From positions 24,696,312 through 24,760,311 of the forward strand of contig CM119266.1 of NCBI GenBank assembly GCA_051294375.1: a DNA stretch of 64,000 bases, given 5' to 3'. Under the pieces are notes generated by a model. That model was given only the letters and a program-made list of their open reading frames with translations. It was not told the DNA's origin and made no database searches. The DNA comes from Paraspadella gotoi (lineage: Eukaryota > Animalia > Chaetognatha). The translations under genes and the position numbers were made by a program. The first letter of the stretch is position 1; each line of letters starts with the position of its first letter. Below are positions 52,042 through 64,000 of the stretch, piece after piece.

Positions 52042-53155
52042 TTCCCCCTCCTCTTCATCTCCTTTTCAATCGATGATGTTCGTCGATCCAACCTCCTCAC
52101 TTCATCCTTCGCTTTCGTCTCTTTTCCTTATTTTCATATTCTTTCTTTTCATATATTTCAAACTATTACTATTCTATTCTATTACTATTACTATTACATT
52201 TTCACATTTTTAAAAATCATTCCCTTACAAAACGGATTAACACAACTCCAATATTTTTCTGCTTGGATATTAAAAGTCGCTTACATGCGAAAAAAAAAAG
52301 TAAAAGAAAAAACCGTACATATTTAAAATGAGACTGTTACTACTGAGGATGTAAATGGAGAAACACTTCCCGAATACAGACAACGAAAATGGTGAGTCGA
52401 GCCTTGTTATTATTAATATTTACGCTTTTGTTTTATTTATTTTCTCCTGAACCTTAAAGGTTAGTAAGTAATCGGTTACTTTGCGGCTTGACCGATTAAA
52501 TATTACAGGCCTTTAAATTTCATTTAATTCCACATGAGCAACGTCGGATTTATGAAACTTGGATTTTAACTGGATTAATGATTTAATGACACTTAAAAAT
52601 AATTTAATATACATATTACGATATACATTTGCAATAGCGATTAACGAAATCTCAGCCTTCGGACGCAAAACAAGACTGCGAGAGTTTAAACCAACAAATA
52701 TCTAATGAAGTTGTTAAAAGAAAATGTCTTTCGTGTTTAATTCGCGGCGATTCCTGCTTTTGTTTTGTTTTTATTACTCTAAAGTCAATTTATCAACTCC
52801 CTGATCAAATGATAATCTGTCATACAAACGACGACTTTAATTTAAAAAACTTAAAAGAAAAAAAAAGCGAGGCAGACCTGACGTGGGTTAAGGACGGCGA
52901 GATGAATTATGGAAGGGTTTTTTTTTTGTTAGGGCGCTCTCTTTTTGTTGAAGAACGAATTTGGTTATAATGGATTTGAGAAAGGTTCTGGTCTAATCTT
53001 TATTTTGCATGATATCATCATCATCTCTGACTCTCTCCTTTTTCATTTTTTCATTTTTTTTTATATTATACTTGGGTATCGGTAGCGCCTCCTGTCTTTG
53101 GGGCTCTAACAATCTCTCTCTCTCTCTCTCTCTCCTCTCTCTCTCATCCCATTCT

Positions 53156-53205
<50 letters not shown>

Positions 53206-56200
53206 GACCTCATCGACGAGGCGATGCAATTCAAGAACAAAATAGAGAAAAAATTCAATATCCCTTGCAAACAATTTTATAGTTTACAAAAAATAAAGAG
53301 CAAAACAACATTTGAATATAAAAGGGAGAAGTCAAGAATTCAAAACCACGTGAAGTTGCCATGACGCTTTTGTCTCAAAGTTCGAAATTGAAGAATTTAT
53401 TCTTAAGATCATTTACTAAATAAAATTCTTCATAAGAAAGAATGAATTTGCATTTTCTCAAGAGTTATGGTCGACTCAAAACTAGTTAATTTGAATCGAG
53501 ATATCGTCACCGAGATAATTATGTTTATTTTTTTTTAACCAACACCACTTTCAATTACTACTCTGGCTTTCGGTTCCACTAAGCGCCCCATTTTACAGTA
53601 TGTATAGATATTATTACAAATTTTGTCTAAACATTAAAGCGCTTACTAAAGAGATGATAATCTTTTGAAAGGAGACAGGCGCTTCAAGGTATTTCTTTTT
53701 GGCGCACTTAAAGATAAAAAATGTCAACTCAACGACTTTGAATTCTATGATACCAAAGAAGAGGCGGGAAGACGAGAGAGACGACGACAAATTTGAACTT
53801 TATGTCGGAACCTCGAAATCTGCAAAGGACGCAACGACCTTGGCATGGGCCACTCTGTCAATGTCATGTCAGTGTCTTAGAAATAACTGTCGTAAACAAA
53901 GCATATGATATGACTTTGTCTAATACATGACGGTAATTGAAAATGTATTTAATTTGGCCGTGACGGTTACAGTGTTCATGACATCGCAGCGTCATGCAGA
54001 TTTCAAAACCTTGATATAATATTAATTTTTTGACTTTGGGCAAAGCTTTAATTTGCTCATTCATCAATTAATGAAAAGAAAAACTTCAAAAATTAATGTC
54101 TATACCAACGTAAAATAAAGATATGAAATCAGACGACCGCAAAATCTGGTCACTATTTGTGGTACAGAGGTCAGGATTTCAGGTGGACCAAAGTTTATTT
54201 ACACTTTGCGACTTGAAAAACATTTTTAACAAGCTTTGATCGAATTGAAAACTTAAATATACAAATGAAGTTCTTTGAAAAAAAAGGAAATAAAGAGAAA
54301 AAATATTACCTATGTCAAAAGAAGAAAAGTAACATGTAATAAATTTAAAAAAAAAAAAATCATTTATAGGATATAGTATGTTGAAAGGAAAACTGCCATA
54401 TATTACACATATAAAGATATAAATATAGATATAATACTACTAATAATTCATTACTTATACTTTACTAATCTTTCCAAAGTCTAATCTTTCCCTAAGCTCC
54501 CGTGAAAACGTGTCTCCCTCGTATGAGGCAATAAACTTTTCCTTGTCCTTTCTCCTTTCTCGACTCGATTGGTTTATGGAAAGTTTCGCGGGTTTGGATT
54601 CTGTTGTCGTCTTTTTTATCGTCGTCCTCCCTTTTCCTTCTTCTTTTTCGTTCTTCTTCTTGTTGTCGTTCTTCCTCCTCGTTGTGCTCTCCTTTCCGGG
54701 CTAATTGTTTTGTCGTTTCGTCCTCCTCCTCTTCCTCTTCCTCCTCCTCTTCCTCGTCCCTCTCCTCACCAGGTTCACGTCACGTGGTTTCCTGGGCGCA
54801 CGAAGCACTGCTCGTATTCGCGCCTGCTGGTTGTAGATTTGAGAGAGAGAGAGAGTAGTAGAGAGAGAGAGAAGATATGAGGATGAGAGATGAGAGAGAG
54901 AGAGGAGAGAGAGAGAGAGATTGAGGTAGAGTGAGAATGACGTTTTGTGTTCATTAAAGAATCTCAACAGGCGAAGAGTAAAGAAGAATGAGAGAGAACG
55001 AGCGAGAGTGAGCTATCTTTCGTAGAAGTGGTTGCAATGTGGCGCGGCAGTTCGTTTTGAATATAATCTTTTCTTTGTTGTTTTTTCTAGTTTTCTTTCT
55101 CTTATCTGATTGTTGAATTTTGCGTCATATCAGTCGTTTGTCTTCAGAATGTTGGTTCTAATTTACATGATGAACAAGTGAGGCGATGGGTGGGGGAGCT
55201 TGTTTTTTCTGTTTGTAAGTTAGTGGTAATTCTGTTGTCGGTTCGTAATTTCTGTATTTAAAGTTGATAAAGTCGAGAAGTGAGAAAATCGAGATGGAGA
55301 GAATAGATAAGAATAAAAGAGGAAGTGGCATTAAGAAATGTTGAATCATGTGATGACTCGGTTCGTTTCCGTGCATCCGTCTCTCTCTTCTCTTCTCTCT
55401 CTCTTCTACCTTCCTCCTCTCTCTCATTTCTCTCTCTCTTCGTCTTGCTCTTGTCCTACGTTTCTATTCTATCTTTAAAAAAAGAATTTCCTTCTCTTTT
55501 CATCTCCCTCTTTTCAAATTGCGTTCTGTCTCTGTTTGATCTTAATTTCTTCTTTATTTATCTCTCTTTGTTCTCTCTCTAATGACTTCGTTTTCACTTT
55601 CTCTTCTCGCTTCATTTTTGCTGGTAATTTTTTTTTTCCTTTCAATTTTTGGTGTTTTTTTGTTTTGTTTGCTGTTTTCTTTTACTTTCTTCTTCAACTC
55701 TAAAAGTTATTTCAGTTTCATTCTTTGATGAATAATTGAAATTATAAGTTGAAAAAAATAATCAAATCTTAACGTTGCAGTATCAGGAATTCATGAATGC
55801 ATATCGCAATTTGAATTCATTTAGTCGATTTCTCCTTATCTCTTCATCGTATATGCTACTACTGCTTCCATACATTTTTTCTTCTCTGTGACCCGTCTTA
55901 TTATGTCGTTATTTTCTCGACTTTCTCTCGTCTCTTTCTCTTCTCTCTCTTCCTTATTCCGATTCTTTTATTTAGAAACCGTTCATGACCGTCGAATGAT
56001 CCTCTTCTTCTCTCTTCTTCTTGCTTTCTCATCTTCTCCTTCTTCTCTCTTCTCTTCTCTCTTCCTTCTCTTCCTCTACTTCTCGTCGTTCTTTCATATT
56101 TGTGGTTTTATGTCTATTGCAGTCAATCTAGCGCGTTGGTCTGTGTCTCTGTAACCTGTCTCGTCTCTCTTACCAAATCTCCTCACTCTCCCTCCCCTCC

Positions 56201-57053
56201 CCTCCTCCGATCCCTATCCACCCCCTCCCACCCCCACCACGCCCGACCCCGGAAAAAAGCCATGAGATTTGATCCCTTGATCCTCGGACCCCGCCGATCA
56301 TCCGCACCGCGAAGAATCAGGAGTAAAAGAATCTCTTTTTCGTTCTTTCTGCTTTTTACGTCATCCCTTTATGTCAATCGGGGCCGTCGTCGTTGTCGTT
56401 GNNNNNNNNNNTGTCGTCGTCTTCGTCAGCCTCGTAGACGAAGTTCTTTGTCGTCATCCTTTTCGTCTTTGTTAAAAATCGTCGTCGACTGGGTCCCGGT
56501 ATTTAACTGTTTGATACTTCACATTTTTGTCGTTGCTGTCCACTTGTGGACGACGTTATGATTGTCGTCGTCGTCTTCGTCTTCGTCGTCGTCGTCACTC
56601 TCGTCGTTGTCATTGTAATCGTCCTCATTTCCAAACAAAATAATTTATTATTAGTCAATTAGATCCTCCACGAAATCTCCGCTTTCGACCAATTGTTTTT
56701 TTCATTTCTAGGAAATGTCCTCGAGAGCATATACGTGGTAAATACTAATTAGAGTATAAGCCTCCTACTAAAAAGAGTTAAATCTCTCGGTTCTCATTTT
56801 TATCGCAGTTTGTATTTTGACTAAACATTCATGAGGTCAATTCAGGTTTTCAATCCGAAATAGAGTTCAATAATCAAAAACATGATTCGTCGCCCTCATT
56901 AATGAAGTGTAAGAAAAAACAAATAAAAATCCGTCGCTGCCGCCGCCTCCGCCGCCGCCGCCGCTTCCACCGCCGCTGCCGTCACCGTCGCCGCTTCGCG
57001 GAGTTATGTAAATTGGATGGAAGTGGAATTCGTTTTGTAAGTGGCACTTTCTG

Positions 57054-57172
<119 letters not shown>

Positions 57173-57871
57173 TGTCGTCGTCGTCGTCTTCGTCCTTCTC
57201 TTCCTCCTCTTCCTTACAATTATCTCTCTCTCTGCCTCTCGTTGGGACATCGAACGTGTTCCGGGCCGAAGATTCGTCGTCGTCGTCGTCGTCCCTTTCG
57301 TCGTCGCCTTTCTCGTCGTTCGCTCGGCCGTCGTCCCTCTCATCGTCGTCGTTGTCCGCGGTTTCGCGCAATGGAATCGTGCGTCTCTCTCTCTCTCTCT
57401 CTGTCTCTGTCTCTTTTTTCTTGAAAACGGAAGTTAGAGGAAAACTCACTCTTGAATGGGACATTTGAGTGGACGGACGGACGCAAGTCTTTGACGCGAA
57501 GACACGAATGACGTTATTGCGTCGTCAAGGACGACGATCGGGTTCGATCCTCGAACCTACATATAATGCTGAAACATTTCGCGTTTTCTATTTTCTACCG
57601 TCTAACCTAAATCGGCCCCAACATTCGTTGTCCCAATCAAATGAAAATTGACCTCACAAAATAATGTTTGTAAATTATGTAAAGAAAAATTTTATGAAAA
57701 TCTTTAAATAAACAATGCAAATAAAAAGGAACCAAATTCCCACGCTTGTCGACTTCGCAGCAAAAATCAAAATTCAAAGACTTGGTCCAACAACTTAAGA
57801 AACCCTAGTCAATCTGCAATCAATTGCAATCGTCAAATCTGCAGGGCACCAAAACGACATTGTGACAAACT

Positions 57872-57922
<51 letters not shown>

Positions 57923-57925
57923 TCT

Positions 57926-57962
<37 letters not shown>

Positions 57963-59168
57963 CTCTCTCGTCTCTCGCAAACTCTATTTCTCCTTTTCCG
58001 ATCTCCCCAAGATCTTGGTTTCGCCATGAGGGTGACAAATATACCCCGTTTCGCTCACTTTTTCCTGACATTGAACCAAATTTAACTAAACTTGTAAGTG
58101 AAGACGCGAATCACGAAAATATATTTCCGAATCGATTGTGCAATCAAGAAATCTAAAAAACGACCTCAAATAATCGAACAATCGGACAAATTTGAACAAA
58201 CGTGTACAATAATTCAAAGTCCCCACCCGTCGAAGCGCATCCAAAAATAAAACGAAAACAAGAAAATCACCAATCGCTTCCAAATAAATAAAATTTTGAC
58301 GTCATCTTTAGCCAAGCAGGTGATTTGGGTGATTAGTGTGATTTGGGTGATTTGGGTGATATGCGCGATGTGAGTAAAAATTGTTTTCGTTTTGGTTTAC
58401 CTGAGCGTCGAAGGAGACTTTCGTCGGGACGCTTTCAATGGAGCGGCTCTAATTTAAAAGGAGCGGGGTTCTTTTTTTTTTTAGATTGAGTGGAACTTTA
58501 AACGTAGGCCATATGACTCGAGGCCACATTTCGCTTTGAATAAACATTAGTTTTCCTTTAAGCTGTTTTTTTTTTCATAGAAATGTTTCTTTCAAAAAAC
58601 ATGCTTGCTTTGGAAAGAACAGTTTCAGATTATGAGAACCTTTTAACGGAGTGAGCTTCTCTGGAACTCTAGGGCCTTTTTTTTTACTGCGGTGGGGTTA
58701 TTTGAAAGGAGCGGACCTGTTTTATAGGAGCAGGCCTCTTTGAGAAAACGGGGCCTCCCTTCAGACGCGCCCCCGTTTTTGCCATAACTACAAGATTTTA
58801 TAATTTATTTGTCTGCTCTTCTTTTCCTCTTTTCTCTTTGGATTCCCTTTGCCTTTGGTCTCCCGTTTGTATAGTTGTTCACTTTTTCTTTATTTCTTTT
58901 TATTTTTCGTTTTTTAATGAATTTATTGTTAACTAATGCAGCTACGTAGTCTGTTTTACGTTATCGTTTATTTTGTTTGATTCTCAAATCAGATTTCTCA
59001 TCCTCTGTATACTTTAAGTATATTGTCTTTTTTTAGACAATAATTTGTCTTTTTTATTTTCTTGTTGTGCCTTTCTATTTCTTCCATAACCATTAACAAT
59101 TCCTTTCCGACAGCTTCCCATTTTATCGCTTTCCAAGTTTCCCACCATTTTGGTCTTAACCCTACTTA

Positions 59169-59272
<104 letters not shown>

Positions 59273-60968
59273 CTATCTTTTATTTCCTCTATCTTTTATT
59301 TCCTCTTTATCGTCTTTCTAATTTCCCTACAAACTTTCTTTTCGATATTTCCTTCAGGTATCTTCCTTTCCTTTCCTCCCTTAATGTCTCCTTCCGGATT
59401 TTTTCCCACGCCACCATTGTTGTTAAACGCTTTCTCTATCGTTAGGGCGTTGCCAGGTGATCGCCAAATGGTCGCTAAGCGCCGCTTTCTTGGTTGCTAG
59501 GGAATTCGCGGCGTCTCGTTCCCGTGAGCGGGCGTTTATGGACGGAGGGATTTTGAGGCGGCGGCATGAACATCCGGGGATTACTGTACCGATAAGACGG
59601 GGGGGCCTCCGCCGTTTTTACTGTGTCGGTAAAAAGAGCCTTCGAATAGGCTATTTGTTATACGCGTCAAAGAGAGAGGGAGAGAAAAAACATTTTGAAT
59701 AAATAATCTATTTTATAGTCTCATTTTTCTAAAAGTTTACGGTGTTGTCTCCCTGTATGAGATATAGTCATCGTAAAAAGGTTTATAGATCACTTAAAGA
59801 TAAGATAGAGCTGAAGGACTGAGAGAGAACGAGAGAGAGAGAAGAGATGATAGAGATGGATGTGCGGAGAGAAAGCGGATCGAGCGGGGGAGGACATGAG
59901 AGAGGAGAGAGAGAGATGCTGGAATGCGAGACCTTGAGCGAAAGAGATACGGGGGTCGAGTGAGAGGAGAGGGAGAGAGAGAAGGAGAGTCACGGAAGGT
60001 GGTGATGAAAAAATTCCCCATTTTCAGTCTCTCTGTAGCAGCCGTGAGACGCCTGGGAGGAGGAAAGGAGGAAAGGAAAGAGAAGAGGAAGCGAAACTCG
60101 TGTGATTGTGGATTCAGACCTCGAGATCTGACGACGACGAAGACGACGACGATAAAAATGATGACGACGATCTTAGTCCGTCCAGTAATAAAGACTCTTT
60201 CCTCTGTTTAATTTTTTGTAATTCTCCCAAGCACGAAAGGGATATTTTTCTTGGGAGAACGTTGGAAAATATTTATGTGCTTCTATGAGCTCGTCAGATT
60301 GGCTAGCGATGTGTTTGTCTGATGATTTGTATCTCAAACAGTCAGATATTGGTTCGTGGCCTTGTCTTGTTTTCATTTGTCTTGTGAAACAGTTATCCAA
60401 CAGTTTTTTTTTTCTTGGTACGACCCATTCAAGAACCAAACAATGACGTCCGTGACTCATCTCCGTCCGATTGTTACGTCACGACGTCTTGTGACCCAAT
60501 TAAGTTCGCGGACAAATTAATCCAGTGAAATCCGACGCCGGTCCTCGACGACGACGACGACGAGGACGACAACGTCGGTAACGTAAGAACAGCGATTATT
60601 GCTTCTTAATTGTCTCACGGACTGTTGAGCGTCGCGGCGGGAATGGGAGCGGGGGAAGGCTTGCGTCACGCATCGAGGGGGCCAAGACGTCTTCTTGGCT
60701 GTCGTCGTCGTCGTCAACGTCGTCGTCGTTGCAGTCACAATAGAAAGACCTCGCGTCTCTAATTGTCTCAGCAGATTTTCACCTCAACTGTTACGGCGAC
60801 AATTAAGGACAAGAACGTCGAGATTAGTTTATATGTTTATATATGTATAATTATAAACAATTAGAAACTTAAAGAAAACGGTCGGATACAGAGAGAAAGA
60901 GAAACATGAAACATGAAATAGACTAAACCGGGGCGCAATTTACTGTGGCCCATGAGAGAGAGAGGAGA

Positions 60969-61005
<37 letters not shown>

Positions 61006-62170
61006 CAGAGGCAGACGCAGAGTGCAGAGAGAGAGACGGAGAGGAGAGAGAGAGAGAGAGAGATGATGGAAGCGGAACAAGAAAACAAGAGAAAAAAGAA
61101 AAAGATTAAAGAGAAACAGAAAAGCGGAACAAAAAAGAAGAGGAAGAAAAGAGCAAAGAAAGAAACGAGAAGAGAAGAAAAATTTAAAAGCACTAAAGAT
61201 CGCACGCCGCTTTCGATAGTAACCAAATGATTGATGCGATTGATAACCAATAATTGGAATGCGATTGATAAAAATATTGACAGCGACATATGATAACCAT
61301 AATTGATGCGATGATAACAAAATGACTGCATGTGATGATAATCAATGAATTGCATTGCGCATGATTAAGTCATTCATTGATATTGATTGGATAATCATTA
61401 TCATGAGACGAATGATAGTCATTCATTGATGCGATGGATAATGATTCATTGACGCGCTGAATATTCATCGTAAATATAAACAAACAAATGCCGTGTATGA
61501 GTGAGAAGAGAGAGAGAGAGAGAGAGAGAGGCAGAGAGAGAGACGAGAGAGAGAGAGAAGAGGAGAGCTGAGAGAGAGAGATAGAGGGCTGGACAGTTTT
61601 CCAGCCAACGAAACGCAATTATTAGGTCTTCTTCGTTTATTATAAAAACTAATCAGAATTTTTAGAAAAAAAATCACACGAAAATCTTCGGATGTAAATT
61701 TGTGTCATTTTGGTATTGAGAAAAAAGCGCGGAATAATGGCGATAATAAAAGTTTTTAGAAGGAAAAAAAAGAGAGAGAGAGGAGAGAGAGAGAGAGGGA
61801 GAGAGAAGAGGACGAGAGAGAGAGAGAGAGAGCAGAGATGAGAGAGAAAGAGGGAGGGGAGAGTGTGACAGAAAGAGAGAGAGAGAGAGAGTTTCCCACC
61901 AACGAGCACGCGCATTTATTAAGGTCCACTTCTGTTTATATCGGTTTTATCCGTTGCCTCGCAAACGGCGTCGTGAAATTGGCGCGTCTATGTTGATTTT
62001 TTTTTATACCGTAACGCGTTATTAGGTCATGCTTCCTCGACATTGTTTATTGTTGCTCCGGCAATCGCCTCACGAAATCCTAGGTTAAGTTAGTTATTGT
62101 ATTTTGCGGATTTGTATTGAGATAAAATATAAATTGGCGATAATAAAAGTCTTTTAAGAAGGAAAAAAAA

Positions 62171-62248
<78 letters not shown>

Positions 62249-63654
62249 AGAAGAAAAGATTGCTTCTTTTTTTAGGAGGAAACAGACCAGAGTGTAAATT
62301 TAATATTTGGCAATATTTAATTTTTATAAATAGTGTACTCACAACTAACATAATTATTATTTAAAAAAAAGTTAAAAATGAATTAAATATATACCTAAAA
62401 ATATTTAATAAATTTAATAATAGTACAAATTATCAGAATAACAAAAAAAGTAATGTTTATTTGACTATATCTCCTCTTATCAACATCCTATTTTGATATA
62501 CATTTTGCCAATTAGTTTGGCTCAACCCGGTCCAAAGGTTGCCCATAATAAATTAAAAACAAATTTTTTTTTTTTATAATGTCGATGCATGCCAATTTAT
62601 ATCTATTATTCGTGCAAAAGTGCTGCATATATAATAGGTCACATTAGCTGATTTATATTGATATGCATATCATTATAAGTGTATTCTCATTTTTAAAAAA
62701 AAATATAGATAGAGAGAGAGAAGAAGAGAGAGAGAGAGACGAGAAGTGCAGAGATAGAAAAAAAACCGCAAAATTTCTTTCCAATTATATCTCACGATAT
62801 AAATTTAGGCATTTTGTATTATAAAAAAAAAAGCGTGATAAATGCGATAAATAAAAGGTTTTCGAAGAAGTAATAAAATAATCAGAATTTTTCAAAAACG
62901 AACTATCGGTAACAGAGTGAGGAGGACAGAAAGACAGAAAAGAGAGAAACGAGAGCACAGAAAGAGAAAGAGAGACCAAAGAGACAGAAAGAAAGAGAAG
63001 CTGGCAGCCAGCTGAAACAGTCATTGCGAGAACCTGCAACTCGGTTTTTTAAGGGTTCAACAAAAGCGCATACTGCCAAATATTAGGAAAGAAAATCTAT
63101 ATTATAATTTAAAGAAATAAAATGAAAGGCTAAAAATATGTTCTAAATTGTTTACAATTGGAAATATTTCCAATTTTTCAATCGCCAACGCTGTAAGATT
63201 TAATTTATATTTGTATTATAAATTAAGATATAGGCTTCCTCATTAAAAAATCTTTGCAGTTCCACTTTTTATTAAAAATTTAAAACAAATTTTTTGAATT
63301 TCATCTCAATTATTATATACTGCAAAATATGGTAAATTAGATAAAGCATTTCTATATTACTAATTTGCGGATATTATAGGAGTACTTTAATCTCATTTTG
63401 CATATTGCGCAGTAAATCATAATGAAATGGAAAATTCAAACAAAATAATACTTAAATTCCAAATGTATTATTGAATATACAGCTATTTCAAGATGAAAAA
63501 GCTATATATCTTAAATTTTTAACTTACTATGATCGCACACTTTGTAAAACTTTATCTAATTCATAATAATTTTTATCTTTTAAAAAAAACGGTAATGTCA
63601 CAGCCAAACCTATTAAAAGCGCTATAGTCTTTATTATATGAAACAGCGTGACGT

Positions 63655-63975
63655 GACGACGACGACGAGACGACGACCGACGAACGACGACGACGACGAC
63701 ACGACGACGACGACGACGACAGACGCGAACGACGCACGAACGCACCGCGACGACGACGACGAACGACGACGACCGACGACGACGACGAGACGCGACGACG
63801 AACGACGCGACGACGAGAACGACGACGACGACGACGACGACGACTGACGACGACGACGCATCCGACGAGACGAACGACGACACGGAGCGACGACACGACG
63901 ACGTACGCACGACGCACGAGACGAGACACGACAGACGACGCGACGACGAGCGACGGACGACACGAGCGACGACGA
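63655..63975 (+). repeat. Degenerate (GAC)n microsatellite
   Basis: A gacgacgac array with many indels. Confidence 0.9.
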
Positions 63976-64000
63976 GAAAGAAAGCAACCTAAACATTATA

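Overview
Eukaryotic (animal, probably invertebrate) genomic DNA with GT-AG introns, many only 60-100 nt long. The first ~40 kb is gene-dense. It holds the 5' end of a Lys/His-rich protein gene, an intronless mitochondrial-clan cytochrome P450, RPRD1, a coiled-coil protein with an unusual Trp/Gly hairpin repeat, ISWI/SMARCA5, and an intronless ZNF318-like gene with two extra SAP domains. It ends with two tandem NME8-like paralogs (thioredoxin-like + 3 NDK + acidic tail) whose active sites are degenerate. The enlarged introns are nests of small mobile elements. The most notable is a ~570-nt element family carrying minimal type I hammerhead ribozymes (CUGAUGA-A-stem II-GAAACAUGUC, covarying stem II; 5 full-span and 4 partial copies) in the style of Penelope-like elements/retrozymes. 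The introns also hold tRNA-headed SINEs with twister-like bodies, MITEs and a Helentron-type HINE inserted into a MITE end. Bases 43.1-46.4 kb are an indel-riddled copy of 38.8-41.8 kb, most likely an assembly artefact. Bases 46.4-64 kb are microsatellite-rich, gapped and have no convincing gene. All calls were made by eye with no database searches; family names rest on recalled motifs.
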